Below, in pieces: positions 28,601-37,014 of a stretch of DNA of 64,000 nt (the first letter of the stretch is position 1; each line of letters starts with the position of its first letter). Source of the stretch: Agathobacter rectalis (GTDB lineage: Bacteria > Bacteroidota > Bacteroidia > Bacteroidales > Muribaculaceae); assembly GCA_963625945.1 (NCBI GenBank), contig CAVFVP010000001.1, positions 8,666-72,665 on the forward strand. Reading direction: 5' to 3'. The position numbers were made by a program, and so were the translations under genes. A model generated the notes under the pieces. That model worked only from the letters and a program-made list of their open reading frames with translations. It made no database searches and was not told where the DNA came from.

Positions 28601-29478
28601 CCACTGCCGCCGCACAGCCCGACACGGCTAAGGCTACCGCAACGCCTGCCCGTCCGCAAAGCGTTAAAGCCGCACCTGCCGCCATGGACACCACTGCCGC
28701 CGCACAGCCCGACACGGTTAAGACCAACAAGGCCTCCACAAGCAACGCCACACGGCAGCCCGCTGCCGCCGACACAACAGTTGCCCCCATGCCGGTGCAA
28801 GAGGCCAAACAAGACAGCGTGCCCGCAGCCAAGCCGGCCGAAACAGCAAAACAGCAAAGCACAACAAACACCCGTGTCCAGGCTCAAAAGCCAGCCGATG
28901 CTACCGACAGCAACAAGAGCGCCGACAACGTGAAACGCCTCAAAAAACAGAAAGACGAGGCACAACTCGAGCGCGAGCGGGAACAGAAACAGCGCGAGAA
29001 AGAAGAGAAAGAACGCATAAAACTCGAGAAAGAAGCCGAAAAAGCCCGTATAAAGCAACAAAAAGATGCTGAGAACGAGGCTAAACGCCAATTGAAACTG
29101 AGACAAAAAGAGCACGACGACTCGGTGAAACTGGCCAAGAAACAAGAAGCCGACGCGCTGAAGCTGGCACAAAAGCAGAAAGCCGATGCGCTGAAGCAAG
29201 AGCAACGGGCCAAGCAAGAGGCACAAAAGCAGCAAGAAAACGAGCGCAAACTCAAGCAAAAGCAGCTCGAAGAAGACCGCAAGCAGCGAATCGAGGCACG
29301 CAAGCAGCGCCAGAAAGAACGCGAGCAGAAAAAGAAGGAAGAGCAGAAGCGCAAGGAGCAAGAAGCCAAGGAGCGCAAAGAAGCCTACAAGCAACGCCAG
29401 AAAGAGCGTGCCGAGCAGGCCAAGCAGCGAGCCGAAGAGCGCAAGCAGCAAAAAGCCCAAAAGAGCAAAGGCAAATGA
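25666..29478 (+). CDS. porW: T9SS TPR lipoprotein PorW/SprE with a long C-terminal extension
   Basis: Lipobox MQSC, KNT...RFWQAFTTRYNVYYNG, many TPRs, WYFYN...WGNRKLEDDWRR motif; probable start GTG 25708. Confidence 0.85.
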   Translation: MPKVGKKPHPHTDTVKRTLRKYIPLAVIALIAIMQSCSARKNTAGSRFWQAFTTRYNVYYNGITHYKEQIHDLENNYEDDYSQQLFIHPAEAYSNPKSPQPSASFDRTIEKMQKAISLHSIKKKPKRKSGKGNDPKYKEWLKRDEYNPFIHNAWFTMGKAQYMKGDFTSAAATFHYIVRHFTWKPDLVAESELWEALSYCAMGWTSEADNVLAHVHIDKIADKRVRSLANLAFADYYIKCKRNAEAIPYLAEAVKGQKGAQSVRLNFLLGQLYQDAGNNDLAYEAYKRAGSHSGSTYRTKFNARIRQSAVYQGNNINGEIRSLKSMARYDRNKEYLDQIYYAIGNIYLSRRDTANAVTNYVEAAKKSTRNGIDKAISQITLGGIYFAQHKYDLAQPCYAEAIPQLSEDYPNYKVLKRRSDVLDELSVYAQNVTLQDSLLRLAKLSPDEQKAVIKKIIDALKKKEKEEAENAKREEYLAQQAAKGSSIKSNNQPATYTINSDNSWYFYNTATKNAGKTAFQQLWGNRKLEDDWRRRNKNTFSLGDDTQDTALAADTTASDSTKTDKVALKHADDPHYEEYYLKQIPKTDEEILTANNVIQEGLYNMGIILKDKLEDYNSAAYQFNELLDRYPDNVYRLDTYYNMYLMYMRIGEPSTAERYRLLILDNFADSKYGMAMKDPNYIDNLKNMEKVQEQMYERAYADYLGNNNEGVHEAYAEMMRKYPLSKIMPKFMFIDALSYVTQKNYDKFKSTLKEMLERYPETDITPTASGIVKQLNKGRQLNGGSTNARGMLWATRLSNDSTATDAKKKFTPFKEGKDKPQLFIYAFSTDSVSANQLLYEVAKHNFTSFVVKDFELEQMTFGEIGLLVVKGFANYAEVAHYRQVMEADTAKVIPAQAHLIIISKENFDLLVNEGRSFADYFQYLEEQNTAKVEKQIPANATDDATRDNAAKPSKRKSVRQASAQAAKAPAAPAKAATATTAAAQPDTAKATATPARPQSVKAAPAAMDTTAAAQPDTVKTNKASTSNATRQPAAADTTVAPMPVQEAKQDSVPAAKPAETAKQQSTTNTRVQAQKPADATDSNKSADNVKRLKKQKDEAQLEREREQKQREKEEKERIKLEKEAEKARIKQQKDAENEAKRQLKLRQKEHDDSVKLAKKQEADALKLAQKQKADALKQEQRAKQEAQKQQENERKLKQKQLEEDRKQRIEARKQRQKEREQKKKEEQKRKEQEAKERKEAYKQRQKERAEQAKQRAEERKQQKAQKSKGK
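28600..28717 (+). repeat. 28-bp intragenic direct repeat (90-bp period)
   Basis: ACCACTGCCGCCGCACAGCCCGACACGG at 28600-28627 and 28690-28717, encoding TTAAAQPDT. Confidence 0.85.
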
Positions 29479-29545
29479 TGCCAGCGCACAGCGCGCCACA
29501 GCATTTTAATTTCCAAGTTAAACAAATCAAAAAGCAATCACAGAT

Positions 29546-31090
29546 ATGAGCAACGAAACAATCTTGTGGGCCGACGACGAAATCGACTTGCTGAAACCAC
29601 ACATTATGTTTCTGAAAAGCAAGGGATATGAGGTGGTGACCGCGACCAACGGCCGCGACGCCCTCGACATGCTCAACGGCCAGAACTTCAATCTCATTAT
29701 CCTCGACGAGAACATGCCCGGCATAAGCGGGCTCGAGGCGCTGCAGCACATCAAGATAGCCCAGCCCAATGTGCCCGTGATAATGATAACCAAGAGCGAA
29801 GAGGAAAACATTATGAACCAGGCCATAGGCAGCGAAATAGCCGACTACCTGATAAAGCCGGTGAACCCCATGCAGATTCTTCTGTCGATAAAGAAGAACC
29901 TGCACAGCGACACACTGGTGGCACAAAAAGTGACCGACGACTACCAGCAGCAGTTCATGCAAATCAGCCAAATGATTAACTCGGCGAGCACCATCGACGA
30001 CTGGTATGAGATTTACACCACACTGGTGAGATGGGAAATCACGCTCTCTAGTGCCGGAACCAACATGGACGAGATGCTGCGAATGCAGAAGACCGAAGCC
30101 AACAGCGCTTTCGCGAAATTCGTGAAACGGAACTACGAGCGGTGGATCACCACCCCCGACCATCCGCTTATGAGCCACGAGCTGTTTAAGACCCACATCT
30201 TTCCCATGCTCGACAACGGCGAGAAAGTGTGCTTTGTAGTCATCGACAACTTCCGCCTCGACCAGTGGCGCACAATCAGGCCACTGCTCGGCGACTACTT
30301 CAACGTGGAGCAGGAGCAGCTCTACACCACCATCCTGCCCACAGCCACACAATATGCCCGCAACGCCATATTCTCGGGCCTGATGCCTATCGACATCGAG
30401 CGGATGTTTCCCGATCTGTGGGTCGACGAAGACGAAGACGAGGGCAAGAACGTGAACGAGGCCCCACTGATTCAGACAATCATCGACCGCTACCGCAAGC
30501 ATTTCAAGTTTTCCTACAACAAAATGAACGACTCGGTGGCCGGCGAGCGCCTGCTGCAAAACTTCTCAAGCCTCGAGAACTACGACCTGAATGTGATTGT
30601 GCTCAACTTCGTAGACATCTTGTCACACGCGCGCACCGAGTCGAAAATGATCCGTGAGCTCGCCTACACCGACAGCGCCTACCGGTCGCTCACCGAATCG
30701 TGGTTCAAAAACTCATACGCGTTCGAGATATTCAAGAAAATCGCAGCCAAGGGGTGGTCGGTTGTGCTCACCACCGACCATGGCACCACACGCGTAGAAA
30801 ATCCGGTGAAAGTGATTGGTGACAAGGGGACCAACACCAACCTGCGCTACAAAGTGGGCCGCAATCTGAGCTACAACCCAAAGCAAGTGTTTGAGATCAA
30901 GCAGCCCAAGCGCTACGGTCTACCCACGCCCAACGTGTCGTCGACCTACATTTTCACCACAGGCCGCGATTTCTTTGCCTATCCCAACAACTACAACTAC
31001 TACGTGCAATATTACCGCGACACGTTCCAGCACGGGGGCATCTCCATGGAAGAAATGCTTGTGCCCATTGTGAAGCTGACCAGCAAATAA
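29546..31090 (+). CDS. porX: T9SS response regulator with PglZ/alkaline-phosphatase domain
   Basis: ILWADDEIDLLKPH receiver, LDENMPG, IDNFRLDQW, ILPTATQYARNAIFSG, TTDHG, TFQHGGISMEEM. Confidence 0.93.
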   Translation: MSNETILWADDEIDLLKPHIMFLKSKGYEVVTATNGRDALDMLNGQNFNLIILDENMPGISGLEALQHIKIAQPNVPVIMITKSEEENIMNQAIGSEIADYLIKPVNPMQILLSIKKNLHSDTLVAQKVTDDYQQQFMQISQMINSASTIDDWYEIYTTLVRWEITLSSAGTNMDEMLRMQKTEANSAFAKFVKRNYERWITTPDHPLMSHELFKTHIFPMLDNGEKVCFVVIDNFRLDQWRTIRPLLGDYFNVEQEQLYTTILPTATQYARNAIFSGLMPIDIERMFPDLWVDEDEDEGKNVNEAPLIQTIIDRYRKHFKFSYNKMNDSVAGERLLQNFSSLENYDLNVIVLNFVDILSHARTESKMIRELAYTDSAYRSLTESWFKNSYAFEIFKKIAAKGWSVVLTTDHGTTRVENPVKVIGDKGTNTNLRYKVGRNLSYNPKQVFEIKQPKRYGLPTPNVSSTYIFTTGRDFFAYPNNYNYYVQYYRDTFQHGGISMEEMLVPIVKLTSK

Positions 31091-31266
31091 ACCCGGGCAA
31101 AGCCCGTTTTTGGCAAAAGGAAAGCACAGACAGCGCCACAACTGTATTACTGGCCACCAATGGCAACATTTTGAGCCGTTGGCGGCCAGTTTATTTGTCG
31201 TTTTGCACATTTTTTCAAAAAATGTAGTTACATTTGCAATAGTAAAAACATTAATAAGCATGTCGC

Positions 31267-31740
31267 ATGGAGAAAATTGACAATCTCGACAAGAAGATAC
31301 TGAAAATCATTATGAAAAATGCACGCATCCCATCAAAAGACGTGGCCGTGGAGTGCGGCGTATCGCGTGCAGCCATACATCAGCGCATTCAACGCATGAT
31401 CGACATGAAGGTAATCACCGGATCAGGCTATCACGTCGACCCGAAATCGGTGGGATTTGCCACATGCACCTACATAGGCGTGAAACTGGAGCGCGGCTCG
31501 ATGTACCGCAACGTGGTTCCCGAGCTTGAGAAAATCAACGAGGTGGCCGAATGCCACTTCACCACAGGCCCCTACACCATGCTCATCAAGCTCTATGCCC
31601 GCGACAACCAGCATCTTATGGAGCTGCTCAACGACAAGGTGCAGCACATTCCCGGTGTCACAGCCACCGAGACACTGATTTCGCTCGACGAGAGCATCAA
31701 CCGCGAAATTCCCATTCAGGCCGACGACAACGCGGAATAG
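31267..31740 (+). CDS. Lrp/AsnC-family regulator
   Basis: IDNLDKKILKI...NARIP...VSRAAIHQRIQRM HTH plus RAM domain. Confidence 0.93.
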   Translation: MEKIDNLDKKILKIIMKNARIPSKDVAVECGVSRAAIHQRIQRMIDMKVITGSGYHVDPKSVGFATCTYIGVKLERGSMYRNVVPELEKINEVAECHFTTGPYTMLIKLYARDNQHLMELLNDKVQHIPGVTATETLISLDESINREIPIQADDNAE

Positions 31741-31863
31741 CCCCCCCCTGCGCACCGTGCCCTGCGCACCACATCTTGATAAAATCAGCCGCCAGGAATG
31801 AATCCATGGTGGCAATTCTGATTGTATTTTGCTACCTTTGCACACATTATCCACCATTAGACT

Positions 31864-32886
31864 ATGGACGAAGAAGATTTCGACATACGCAACGAGCGCA
31901 TAAAAGGCGACAGCGACTTTGAGAAAGCGTTGCGCCCGGTGCGGTTCGGCGACTTTGCAGGGCAAGAGAAAATAATCGACAACCTGCGCGTGTTTGTGCA
32001 GGCGGCCAAGATGAGAGGCGAAGCCCTCGACCACATTCTGTTTCACGGGCCTCCGGGACTGGGCAAGACCACATTGAGCAACATCATTGCCAATGAGCTT
32101 GGCGTAGGGTTCAAGGTGACATCGGGCCCCGTGCTCGACAAGCCCGGCGACCTTGCCGGCCTGCTCACATCGCTCGAGGAGAACGACGTGCTGTTTATCG
32201 ACGAAATACACCGTCTGAGTCCAGTGGTTGAGGAATACCTCTACTCGGCAATGGAGGACTACCGAATCGACATCATGATCGACAAAGGGCCTGGTGCACG
32301 CTCGGTGCAGCTCACGCTGTCGCCGTTCACACTGATAGGCGCCACCACCCGCAGCGGACTGCTTACCAGCCCGTTGAGGGCCCGCTTCGGCATCAACTGC
32401 CACCTTGAATATTACGGGCACGATGTGATTGAGAGCATCATCAAACGCTCGGCCCGACTGATGGCCGTACCCATCACCGACGAGGCCGCCCTTGAGATAG
32501 CCCTGCGCAGCCGCGGCACTCCGCGCATTGCCAACTCGCTGCTGCGCCGCGTGCGCGACTTCGCCCAGGTGAAAGGCTCGGGCAAGATCGACACAAACAT
32601 TGCCCGTTTTGCCCTTGAAGCCCTCAACATCGACAAGTATGGACTTGACGAGATCGACAACAAGATATTGATTACGCTTATCGACAAGTTTGGCGGCGGT
32701 CCGGTGGGCATTTCCACCATGGCCACGGCACTGGGCGAAGATACAGGAACCTTAGAAGAGGTGTATGAGCCTTTTTTGATAAAGGAGGGTTTTTTGAAGC
32801 GCACTCCGCGCGGACGCGAAGTGACCGAACTGGCCTATACCCACTTGAAGCGCACACGGCCGGGAATGACAGGAACACTGTTCTAG
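31864..32886 (+). CDS. ruvB: Holliday junction branch migration helicase RuvB
   Basis: [36 protein letters not shown]. Confidence 0.98.
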   Translation: MDEEDFDIRNERIKGDSDFEKALRPVRFGDFAGQEKIIDNLRVFVQAAKMRGEALDHILFHGPPGLGKTTLSNIIANELGVGFKVTSGPVLDKPGDLAGLLTSLEENDVLFIDEIHRLSPVVEEYLYSAMEDYRIDIMIDKGPGARSVQLTLSPFTLIGATTRSGLLTSPLRARFGINCHLEYYGHDVIESIIKRSARLMAVPITDEAALEIALRSRGTPRIANSLLRRVRDFAQVKGSGKIDTNIARFALEALNIDKYGLDEIDNKILITLIDKFGGGPVGISTMATALGEDTGTLEEVYEPFLIKEGFLKRTPRGREVTELAYTHLKRTRPGMTGTLF

Positions 32887-32979
32887 ACATCACCGCGCCA
32901 CTGCCTGACGGGGAACGACATCGGGCCGTAAGCGCGTGCCGTACACACATTTTTCTTTTCACTAAAAACTCACAGCTTT

Positions 32980-34479
32980 GTGGCAGCAAATTTAAAATCA
33001 CTGGCCAAGGACACGGCCATATATGGCATAAGCAGCATAGTGGGCCGTTTTCTGAACTATCTGCTTGTGCCCCTCTACACAGCCAGCCTATCGGCAGCAT
33101 CGGGCGGCTATGGCGTAATCACCAACGTTTATTCCTACACGGCCCTGTTGCTCGTGATTCTCACCTACGGCATGGAAACCACGTTTTTCAGGTTTGCCAA
33201 CAAGACCGACGAGAAGCCAGCCACAGTCTACACCACCGTGTTGCTGACGGTAGGCTGCACATCACTGGCCTTTGTGGCCGCAGTGCTCGGCTTCCTGCCA
33301 TGGATAGCCGGAGCCATGGGATATGCCGAGCATCCTAGCTACATAGGCGTAATGGCCGTGGTGGTTGCCCTCGATGCATTCCAGGCGATACCGTTTGCCT
33401 ATCTACGCTACAAGAAGCGCCCCATAAAATTTGCCGCGCTTAAGTTGCTATTTATTTTCCTCAACATCGGGCTCAACCTGCTGTACTACTTGGTGCTGCC
33501 GGCTGCCTACAAGAGCCATCCCGACGTGGTGGGCGCCATCTACGACCCATCGGTGGGTGTGGGCTACGCCTTCTACCTCAACCTGGTGTGCACCGGCCTT
33601 ATCACGTTCTGCTTCTGGCGCGAGCTCACCGAGGTGAAATACACCTTCAGCCGCCCGCTGCTGCGGCGCATGCTCAGCTACAGTTGGCCCATATTGATAC
33701 TTGGCATAGCCGGCATCCTCAATCAGACAGCCGACAAGATTCTGTTTCCGTTTCTTTACAAGCGGGGCGGCAGCACCCAGCAGCTTGGCATCTATGGAGC
33801 GGCAAGCAAGATTGCCATGATTATGGCCATGATAACCCAAGCATTCCGCTATGCCTATGAGCCGTTTGTGTTTGGCAAGGCAAAGGAGCGCGACAACCGC
33901 GAGACCTATGCCGAGGCCATGAAATATTTCATAGTGTTCACACTGCTGGCCTTCCTGGCCGTTATGGCATGGATCGAAGTGCTCAAGCACATCATTGCAC
34001 CCGACTACTGGAGCGGGCTTCAGGTGGTGCCAATCGTGATGGCTGCCGAAATCATGATGGGTGTCTACTTCAACCTGTCGTTCTGGTACAAACTCATCGA
34101 CAAGACCATATGGGGCGCTTATTTCTCGGGAATAGGCTGTGCGGTGCTCATAGCCATCAATGTGCTGTTTGTGCCTGTCTACGGCTACATAGCATGCGCA
34201 TGGGCCGGATTTGCCGGATACGGCACAGCCATGGTGCTCAGCTACTTTGTGGGCCAACGCCACTACCCCATCAAATACCCCATGGCCGACATTGGCCTCT
34301 ACACGCTGCTGGCCGCTGTGCTCTATGCCGGAATGATGGTGCTGCCCGTGAAGGGCACGCTTGCTGTCACCGGTGCACGCACCGTGCTGCTGATTGTGTT
34401 CTGCGCGGTGATATTCAAGCGCGAGCACATGGGGGCCATGCTTAAACGACTACCCGTTGTGGGTAGGCTGTTCAGGTAA
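32980..34479 (+). CDS. Wzx/MATE-like oligosaccharide flippase
   Basis: LAKDTAIYG...RFLNYLLVPLYT, YGMETTFFRF, AFRYAYEPF, about 12-14 TMs; GTG start. Confidence 0.88.
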   Translation: MAANLKSLAKDTAIYGISSIVGRFLNYLLVPLYTASLSAASGGYGVITNVYSYTALLLVILTYGMETTFFRFANKTDEKPATVYTTVLLTVGCTSLAFVAAVLGFLPWIAGAMGYAEHPSYIGVMAVVVALDAFQAIPFAYLRYKKRPIKFAALKLLFIFLNIGLNLLYYLVLPAAYKSHPDVVGAIYDPSVGVGYAFYLNLVCTGLITFCFWRELTEVKYTFSRPLLRRMLSYSWPILILGIAGILNQTADKILFPFLYKRGGSTQQLGIYGAASKIAMIMAMITQAFRYAYEPFVFGKAKERDNRETYAEAMKYFIVFTLLAFLAVMAWIEVLKHIIAPDYWSGLQVVPIVMAAEIMMGVYFNLSFWYKLIDKTIWGAYFSGIGCAVLIAINVLFVPVYGYIACAWAGFAGYGTAMVLSYFVGQRHYPIKYPMADIGLYTLLAAVLYAGMMVLPVKGTLAVTGARTVLLIVFCAVIFKREHMGAMLKRLPVVGRLFR

Positions 34480-34523
34480 GCGCAACAAAGCACACGCCGC
34501 AATCACACAAGCGGCGACAAATG

Positions 34524-34571
34524 AAAAAATGCAGCATTCTGTGCTCTGGCAAGGCAGAATGCTGCATTTTC
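34524..34571. terminator. Bidirectional terminator
   Basis: AAAATGCAGCATTCTG...CAGAATGCTGCATTTT between convergent genes. Confidence 0.75.
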
Positions 34572-34588
34572 CAATATTCGGTTAACCC

Positions 34589-35302
34589 TTATCGCGAGGC
34601 TATGAGCTGCGGCATTATTTCGGCAAGGCCATCGGTTGCCTTGCTGGCGACCACGTGCACACGGGCCGGCACCGCATTGGGCTTGGGGTCGATATAATAC
34701 ACCTCGGTGTCGGCCGGGGCGTAGTTGAGCAGAGCTGCGGCCGGATAAACCACCAGCGACGTACCTATCACCACCACTACATCGGCTTTCTGCACGAGCT
34801 CCAGCGCAGGCTCAAACTCGGGCACACTCTCGCCGAAAAAAACTATGTGCGGACGCACATGGTCGCCAAAGGCGTCGACCGTGTCGACCGTGGTCCTGAG
34901 GCCGTGATCGCTCAGCTCGCTGCACGGCAGGGTATACACCCTGTCATCGCGACGCATTGACCGCACCTTCATCAGCTCGCCGTGCAGGTGCACCACGCAA
35001 GTCGATCCGGCACGCTCATGGAGGTCGTCGACATTTTGTGTGACCACCGTCACATTGTAACTCGATTCAAGGTCGGCAATCATCTTGTGGGCGCCACTGG
35101 GTTGCACTGCGGGCAGCTTCTCGCGCATCTCGCTATAGAACTTGTGGATCAGCTGCGGGTTGCGCAGGAACCCCTCATGGCTAGCCACGTCCATTACCGG
35201 ATAGTTCTCCCACAGTCCGTCGGCATCGCGGAATGTCGACAGGCCGCTCTCGGCGCTTATTCCGGCGCCGGTTATCACTACTAAGTTTTTCATATTGCTC
35301 AT
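34589..35302 (-). CDS. cobB: NAD-dependent protein deacylase (sirtuin)
   Basis: GAGISAESGLSTFR, TQNVDDLHERAG, HLHGEL, RPHIVFFGE, GTSLVVYPAA. Confidence 0.93.
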   Translation of the reverse strand: MSNMKNLVVITGAGISAESGLSTFRDADGLWENYPVMDVASHEGFLRNPQLIHKFYSEMREKLPAVQPSGAHKMIADLESSYNVTVVTQNVDDLHERAGSTCVVHLHGELMKVRSMRRDDRVYTLPCSELSDHGLRTTVDTVDAFGDHVRPHIVFFGESVPEFEPALELVQKADVVVVIGTSLVVYPAAALLNYAPADTEVYYIDPKPNAVPARVHVVASKATDGLAEIMPQLIASR

Positions 35303-35544
35303 GATATATTATACGGTAGCAAATATAGCACATTTTTCGTAATGGCTGAAATGCATACTATAGTATGAACTATAGAAGCGCCGGCCTGGCTGTACTCCGG
35401 TACCCGACTTCGTCAATGCATCATTTTTTAGGGACACCAAGCATTTTTTTGTTTAATTTTGCCACAGTTGTGCGTATTAGTATTGACAATGATTTATTCA
35501 TCGTAAAACAACTAACCGAATCAATTTATTAAGAAAACAGATTT

Positions 35545-36933
35545 ATGAAAAAGCTTATTCTGGCATTCTGCCTGATTTTAGGCCTGCAGGCATCGGCCGT
35601 CGAGGTATCGGTGGATGAGAACGTGGAATTTGTGAGTGCCATGTGCCGCCTCGCCGGCTTTGAGGAGTATGTATATGACCTTAACAAGGATTACGCTAAG
35701 GCCATCGACTCTGTGATGGCTCCACTCAAGGGCCACAAGGCGGTGGCACGGCTCAACGAGCTGCGCGGTAAACAGGGACTGAGCTACGATGCCGTGGCAA
35801 CCTTTGCCGCGCATACCGCCATCAGCAACGGGCACTTCGTGCTGCTGCCTGGCTCTGATGTGGCAAAATATGAAAGCCGCTGGATCAAGGGGCAGGATGC
35901 CGAAATGGCGCAACTGCTCGACGATGCCTACCGCCACAGCGGCTTCCACCACTTTTTTGAGTCACAGCAGCCATTCTACGGCAAGGTGGTGAACAACGCC
36001 AAATCGATGATTTCGAAAGTCGACCTCAAGTGGCTCGAAGACTTCTTTGGCACCCCCATACATGGGCGCATTTCAGTGAGCCTGCTCAACTTTGGCAACT
36101 ATGGCACCGAGATTCACTGCACCAGCCAGCCCGAAGCATCGGTGATAATAATCGGATGCAGTGAGCTTGACCCGGCCGGCATCCCGGTGTTTTACAACAT
36201 CGAGAGTCTGATAGTGCACGAGTTTTCGCATCCCTCGTGCAACCCCATAATAGAGCAGTGCCTGCCACAGTTTAACAACAACGCGCAGATTGCGGCCCAA
36301 CTGATGGAGAGCGAGCTGCATGAGCGCAGATATGCCGGCGGCAACACAGTGCTCTATGAATCGATGGTGCGCGGAGTGGAAACGCAGTATGCACTGGCCC
36401 ACGCCACCACGGCCGATGACAGCCTTATGGTTGAGTCGAGCATAAAGAGTCAGGTGGCAGGCGGATTCCTGTTTTTCCGCGAGCTCACCGACGCGCTTTC
36501 GAGCTACAGGCAAAACCGCAGCCAGTATGCCACCCTGGCACAGTTTGCGCCCAAGATCGTTGAGGCCGTGAACGGTGCCGACGTGAAGCAAGACTATCTG
36601 GATTTGAGGCGCAACCAAATCAAAATCATCGGCACCTCGCTGCCACTTGATGCGCGCGACGTGCCCGCGTCAGACCGGTTTGAAATAAAGGTGTATCTCG
36701 ACCGCCCTGACACTGCTGGCGGATTTGCCTACAATTACTACAACGACAACGAAGACATCCAGCCCGACCTGGTGGGGGTGAAAATGAGCAAAGACCGCCT
36801 TGTGATGTCGGTGTTTGTCAAGACCGAGCCCGGGCACGAATATGGCTTTGTGCTTCCCGGCTGGGCATTCAAGACCGATGCCGGATATCCCGGCATTGGC
36901 AACGCTGTTATCCACTTCTTCACGGCTAAATAA
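35545..36933 (+). CDS. Secreted DUF4932-like protein with an HExxH motif
   Basis: Signal peptide, VDENVE...RLAG-x-x-EY, SYDAV, IVHEFSH...N-P, ESMVR; C-terminal Ig-like segment. Confidence 0.7.
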   Translation: MKKLILAFCLILGLQASAVEVSVDENVEFVSAMCRLAGFEEYVYDLNKDYAKAIDSVMAPLKGHKAVARLNELRGKQGLSYDAVATFAAHTAISNGHFVLLPGSDVAKYESRWIKGQDAEMAQLLDDAYRHSGFHHFFESQQPFYGKVVNNAKSMISKVDLKWLEDFFGTPIHGRISVSLLNFGNYGTEIHCTSQPEASVIIIGCSELDPAGIPVFYNIESLIVHEFSHPSCNPIIEQCLPQFNNNAQIAAQLMESELHERRYAGGNTVLYESMVRGVETQYALAHATTADDSLMVESSIKSQVAGGFLFFRELTDALSSYRQNRSQYATLAQFAPKIVEAVNGADVKQDYLDLRRNQIKIIGTSLPLDARDVPASDRFEIKVYLDRPDTAGGFAYNYYNDNEDIQPDLVGVKMSKDRLVMSVFVKTEPGHEYGFVLPGWAFKTDAGYPGIGNAVIHFFTAK

Positions 36934-36951
36934 CCATAGACACACAAGCGC

Positions 36952-36991
36952 AGCAGGCCGCGCAACCGATACGGGTTGCGCGGCCTGCTTT
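36952..36991. terminator. Terminator between convergent genes
   Basis: AGCAGGCCGCGCAACC...GGTTGCGCGGCCTGCT stem followed by TT. Confidence 0.7.
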
Positions 36992-37014
36992 ATGATTGAC
37001 TGCTGTGGGGCGGA

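Noticed and set aside
28534..30559. Long antisense ORFs (321 aa, 435 aa) and similar shadows elsewhere (e.g. 15449-16405, 53200-54276, 58807-59796)
   Set aside because: They mirror well-supported genes on the opposite strand, as expected from GC-rich codon bias, and have no motifs or promoters of their own.
29546..31090. PglZ domain as part of a BREX defence system
   Set aside because: The receiver-PglZ fusion is the T9SS regulator PorX; no other brx genes are present.
34589..35302. Sirtuin as an anti-phage SIR2 (Thoeris/DSR-type) effector
   Set aside because: Short canonical CobB-type deacylase in a housekeeping context, with no TIR, pAgo or HerA partner.
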